NCBI GenBank assembly: GCA_963804995.1
Contig: CAWDSK010000003.1
Span: forward strand, 992,001-1,056,000
Source: an uncultured Acidobacteriota bacterium
GTDB lineage: Bacteria; Acidobacteriota; Terriglobia; UBA7540
DNA: 64,000 bases
Direction: 5' to 3'
Both the position numbers and the translations under genes were made by a program. Numbering within the stretch: the stretch's first letter is position 1; every line of letters starts with the position of its first letter. Below are positions 61,107 to 64,000 of the stretch, piece by piece. Below the pieces are notes generated by a model. That model was not told the DNA's origin. It was given only the letters and a program-made list of their open reading frames with translations, and ran no database searches.

Positions 61107-61571
61107 ATGTCGAGTTCTCAACTCTCGTCATCACTGCACCGGGCGGATGCTGAAGTCCTTGCCATACATTGTAGTGACCATCGGTTCCAAGCAGGATTCC
61201 ACGAGTTCTTGAATCTCAAGCTGGGACTCGATGAGAACTACGATCTGCTGGTACTGCCCGGCGGGCCGCAATGCCTGACCCTCGTCGAATACCTGCCAAA
61301 GTTTTCCTGGGCGGGTTGGAAGTGGTTTCGGTACTTGGTAGAGGCGCACGACCTGAGGCGGCTGATCCTGATCCAGCACCAGGATTGCGGCTGGTACAAG
61401 GAACTGCCCTTTCACCTGCATTCTTCCACTGAGCCACGCCAGCGCCAGGAAGAAGACCTGAGGCGCGCCCGCGCGGCGCTTGCGAAAGAGCGGCCGGAGT
61501 TGAACGTGGAACTCTACTACGCCGGCTGGGACGCGAGCGAGCACATCACCATCGACCCGGTCTCCGGCTAA
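61107..61571 (+). CDS. Beta-carbonic-anhydrase-like protein
   Basis: CSDHRF ... HQDCGWY zinc ligands. Confidence 0.7.
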   Translation: MSSSQLSSSLHRADAEVLAIHCSDHRFQAGFHEFLNLKLGLDENYDLLVLPGGPQCLTLVEYLPKFSWAGWKWFRYLVEAHDLRRLILIQHQDCGWYKELPFHLHSSTEPRQRQEEDLRRARAALAKERPELNVELYYAGWDASEHITIDPVSG

Positions 61572-61603
61572 GGCAATCCACTCCTCCAGCATTTCGTGTT
61601 AGG

Positions 61604-62626
61604 ATGCCAACCATGCGCAAATTCCTCCTGATTGCTTTCTTGACATTCCTCAGCGCGCCGCTGCGGGCGGCGGGCACACTCGATGTTTACTTTATTGACG
61701 TGGAGGGTGGGCAATCCACACTCTTCGTCGCCCCTTCTGGCAAATCGATGTTGGTAGATTCAGGCTGGCCGGACTTCAATGGTCGCGACGCGGAACGCAT
61801 CTCAACCGTCGCCAAGGCGGCGGGCATCACGCGCATCGACTATTTAGTGATCACCCATTTTCACGAGGATCATGTGGGAGGTGTGCCCCAACTTGCGGAA
61901 CGCATGCCGGTCGGGACGTATGTAGATCATGGAAAAAGCGTCGAGACGGGGAAAGAAGCCGAGGAGCTGTTCCGAGATTACGTACAGGTAAGAGACCACG
62001 CCTCCCATCTGATTGTCAGGGCTGGGGACCAGATTCCCATCGAGGGAATGGAAGTGCGGGTCGTCGAGTCAACCGGCCAGGGGATTCTCCGGCCGCTGCC
62101 GGGCGCAGGTCAAACCAATCCGCTCTGTGCGGACACGAAACGGCGGGCCATTGACCACTCTGAAAATGCCCAGTCGGTGGGCATGATTATCAGCTATGGC
62201 AAGTTTCGCATAGCTGACTTCGGAGACCTTACCTGGAACAAGGAACTGGATCTCGTCTGCCCGAATAACAAGTTGGGGAGGGTGGATGTCTACCTGAGCA
62301 CGCACCACGGGTTGAACGAATCGAACGCGCCGCCCATCGTGCAGGCGCTGCGGCCCCGGGTAGCCATTGTCAATAACGGCTCGACGAAAGGTGGGTCGCC
62401 GGAGGCCCTAAGAACTATCCGGACTTCCCCGGGCATCGAGGACGTGTGGCAGTTACATTACTCCCAGAACGCCAGCATAGCGGAGAATGCCCCCGAGCCT
62501 TTCATCGTGAATGTAGATCAGGACGCAAGCGTGAGCTGGATCAAGATCGCGGCTCAGCCCGATGGGCAATTCACTGTCACCAACAGCCGTAATGGAAAGA
62601 CGAAAACTTACGCGCCACGCCACTGA
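61604..62626 (+). CDS. Secreted ComEC/Rec2-like MBL-fold hydrolase
   Basis: FIDVEGGQSTL, THFHEDHVGG, GDL, THHG. Confidence 0.85.
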   Translation: MPTMRKFLLIAFLTFLSAPLRAAGTLDVYFIDVEGGQSTLFVAPSGKSMLVDSGWPDFNGRDAERISTVAKAAGITRIDYLVITHFHEDHVGGVPQLAERMPVGTYVDHGKSVETGKEAEELFRDYVQVRDHASHLIVRAGDQIPIEGMEVRVVESTGQGILRPLPGAGQTNPLCADTKRRAIDHSENAQSVGMIISYGKFRIADFGDLTWNKELDLVCPNNKLGRVDVYLSTHHGLNESNAPPIVQALRPRVAIVNNGSTKGGSPEALRTIRTSPGIEDVWQLHYSQNASIAENAPEPFIVNVDQDASVSWIKIAAQPDGQFTVTNSRNGKTKTYAPRH

Positions 62627-62777
62627 TCGGGGTGGCGGCGGAGATGAACAGAGTGCGGAGTCTGGGGAATGAAGTGGAGCCAACAGTATAAGGACCTGGG
62701 AGATGCCATTTTCAAGGCTAAGACCGACGCATCAAATGTTGATCTGCTGTATGGCAGAGTTAACCTCACCCCCGTCA

Positions 62778-63284
62778 TCAAATTGTATCGTGGCAGGTTC
62801 GGCAGGTGGCGGGCGCCCCTTTTTCCTTGTGGCAGGTGATGCAGGCTGGCATCGAGGTGGGTTTCTCTTTGGTTAATACGTCGCGTTCGCGGACGGGGCC
62901 GTGGCAGACCTCGCAATCAAGTTTTGCCTTGTTGAGGTGAGTTCGGTGTGAGAAATAGACGTAGTCCGGCACCTTGTACACCTGCACCCACGGTACGGGC
63001 TTTTTCTGCGCAAAATACTCCGCGAGCTTTTGGATAGCGGGACTTTCTACTTTGATGGTTGCGTGGCACACCATGCATTTCTCTTCCTTCGGATAGCTCA
63101 TCGTCCAGCCGTCGGAAGCGAGTTGGTGGCAATCCAGACACTCCGGGAAAAATTGTGTATGCAGCTTGTGGCTGAAGGAAAGGGGTTGCGGCTTTGTGGC
63201 CGGCAATGGCGTCTTGTCCTCAGCGCACAGTGCACAGTTCCAAGTAAGTACAACCAGGGTAAGCGCGATGACGCCGGGGCCCAC
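62778..63284 (-). CDS. Pentaheme cytochrome c3/c7-family protein
   Basis: Five CxxCH motifs; FSHKLH, FSHRTH; start uncertain. Confidence 0.88.
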   Translation of the reverse strand: MGPGVIALTLVVLTWNCALCAEDKTPLPATKPQPLSFSHKLHTQFFPECLDCHQLASDGWTMSYPKEEKCMVCHATIKVESPAIQKLAEYFAQKKPVPWVQVYKVPDYVYFSHRTHLNKAKLDCEVCHGPVRERDVLTKEKPTSMPACITCHKEKGAPATCRTCHDTI

Positions 63285-63351
63285 GGCAGATTCTCGCTGA
63301 TTGAGGAATGAGTTTATTCGGCGTACGCGCCTGACGGAGTTGCGCAGGCCT

Positions 63352-64000
63352 TCACGGCAGCGCGAACGCCACATAGGCATCTCCCGAGCGGGTACGAGGC
63401 TTTCCCCCACCACCCGCCGCGATGACCACATACTGTTTGCCCTTCGCTTCATAGGTGCAGGGGGTCGCGTAGCCACCGGCGGATAGTTGCGCTTCCCACA
63501 GGACCTTCCCATTCTTCTTATCGAAGGCGCGGATCATCTCATCCTGGGTCGAGGCGATAAACACCAATCCGCCGGCCGTCACGATCGATCCTCCGATGTT
63601 CTGGGTGCCTGTGGGCGGAATTCCACGCGCGGTGAGTTCCTTAAATTCGCCGAGCACCGCCTGCCAGGCGATTTCCCCCTTGTTCAAATCAAAGGCGGTT
63701 AGTTGTCCCCAGGGTGGTTTAATGGCGGCGTAGCCTTCCTGGTCAAGAAAATGGTTATAGCCCGTGTGCCCATACGGGTAAGTGACGTCGGCGTGCGTAG
63801 GTACGAGCGTCATTATCCAGGGCTCATCATGCGAGTTGATGTAATACCAGCCGGTAGCCGGATCGAACGAGCCGCCGCCCCAGTTCGAGCCGCCGTCGAA
63901 GCCCGGAAAGATGATCGTACCCTCAAGGCTGGGAGGTTGCCAGGTGCCGCTGCGCGATTTCTTGAAGGTCTCCATGATGAAAGCGTGCGCTTCCGGGGAG
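63352..64000 (-). CDS. PQQ-dependent (glucose/quinate) dehydrogenase, C-terminal part
   Basis: FPGFDGGSNWGG, KPPWGQL, GGSIVTAGGLVFIA, ATPCTY..GKQYVVIAAGG. Confidence 0.9.
   Translation of the reverse strand, partial: SPEAHAFIMETFKKSRSGTWQPPSLEGTIIFPGFDGGSNWGGGSFDPATGWYYINSHDEPWIMTLVPTHADVTYPYGHTGYNHFLDQEGYAAIKPPWGQLTAFDLNKGEIAWQAVLGEFKELTARGIPPTGTQNIGGSIVTAGGLVFIASTQDEMIRAFDKKNGKVLWEAQLSAGGYATPCTYEAKGKQYVVIAAGGGGKPRTRSGDAYVAFALP

Overview
This is a GC-rich bacterial chromosomal window. Gene content and intergenic repeat style suggest Acidobacteriota (Terriglobia), which is an inference. It holds about 55 mostly housekeeping or accessory CDSs: a pdxR-decarboxylase-pdxS-pdxT cluster, moxR/DUF58, ychF, an ECF sigma/anti-sigma pair, xdhC-mocA, an orphan nuoB, secreted hydrolases, TPM-NTase-lemA, a TonB receptor, bshA, an hfq-like gene, holB, yggS-yggU, GH38, nfeD-flotillin and a PQQ dehydrogenase. 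There is one tRNA-Val(CAC), and I found no CRISPR array, transposase or integrase. About ten genes carry single-base indels, which most likely reflects long-read assembly error. Two loci stand out. (1) At 48.8-51.2 kb the native thymidylate kinase upstream of holB survives only as a 22-codon stub. In its place is a lower-GC three-gene cassette: a foreign tmk with a P-loop Lys->Ile change, a dCTP-deaminase/dUTPase-fold protein lacking the deaminase catalytic residues and fused to two transmembrane helices, and an unknown basic protein. This is a candidate nucleotide-sensing defence or addiction module. (2) At 30.17-30.70 kb there is a non-coding four-unit array, TCAT-N16-ACCGATWACCGA-N3-GGGGWAGTGYGTCACGG, with an invariant-length but variable 16-nt segment. 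The intergenic DNA also carries nested REP/REPIN elements, an IS1-like MITE and paired inverted heptamer repeats, one pair of which encloses a relic toxin-antitoxin module.
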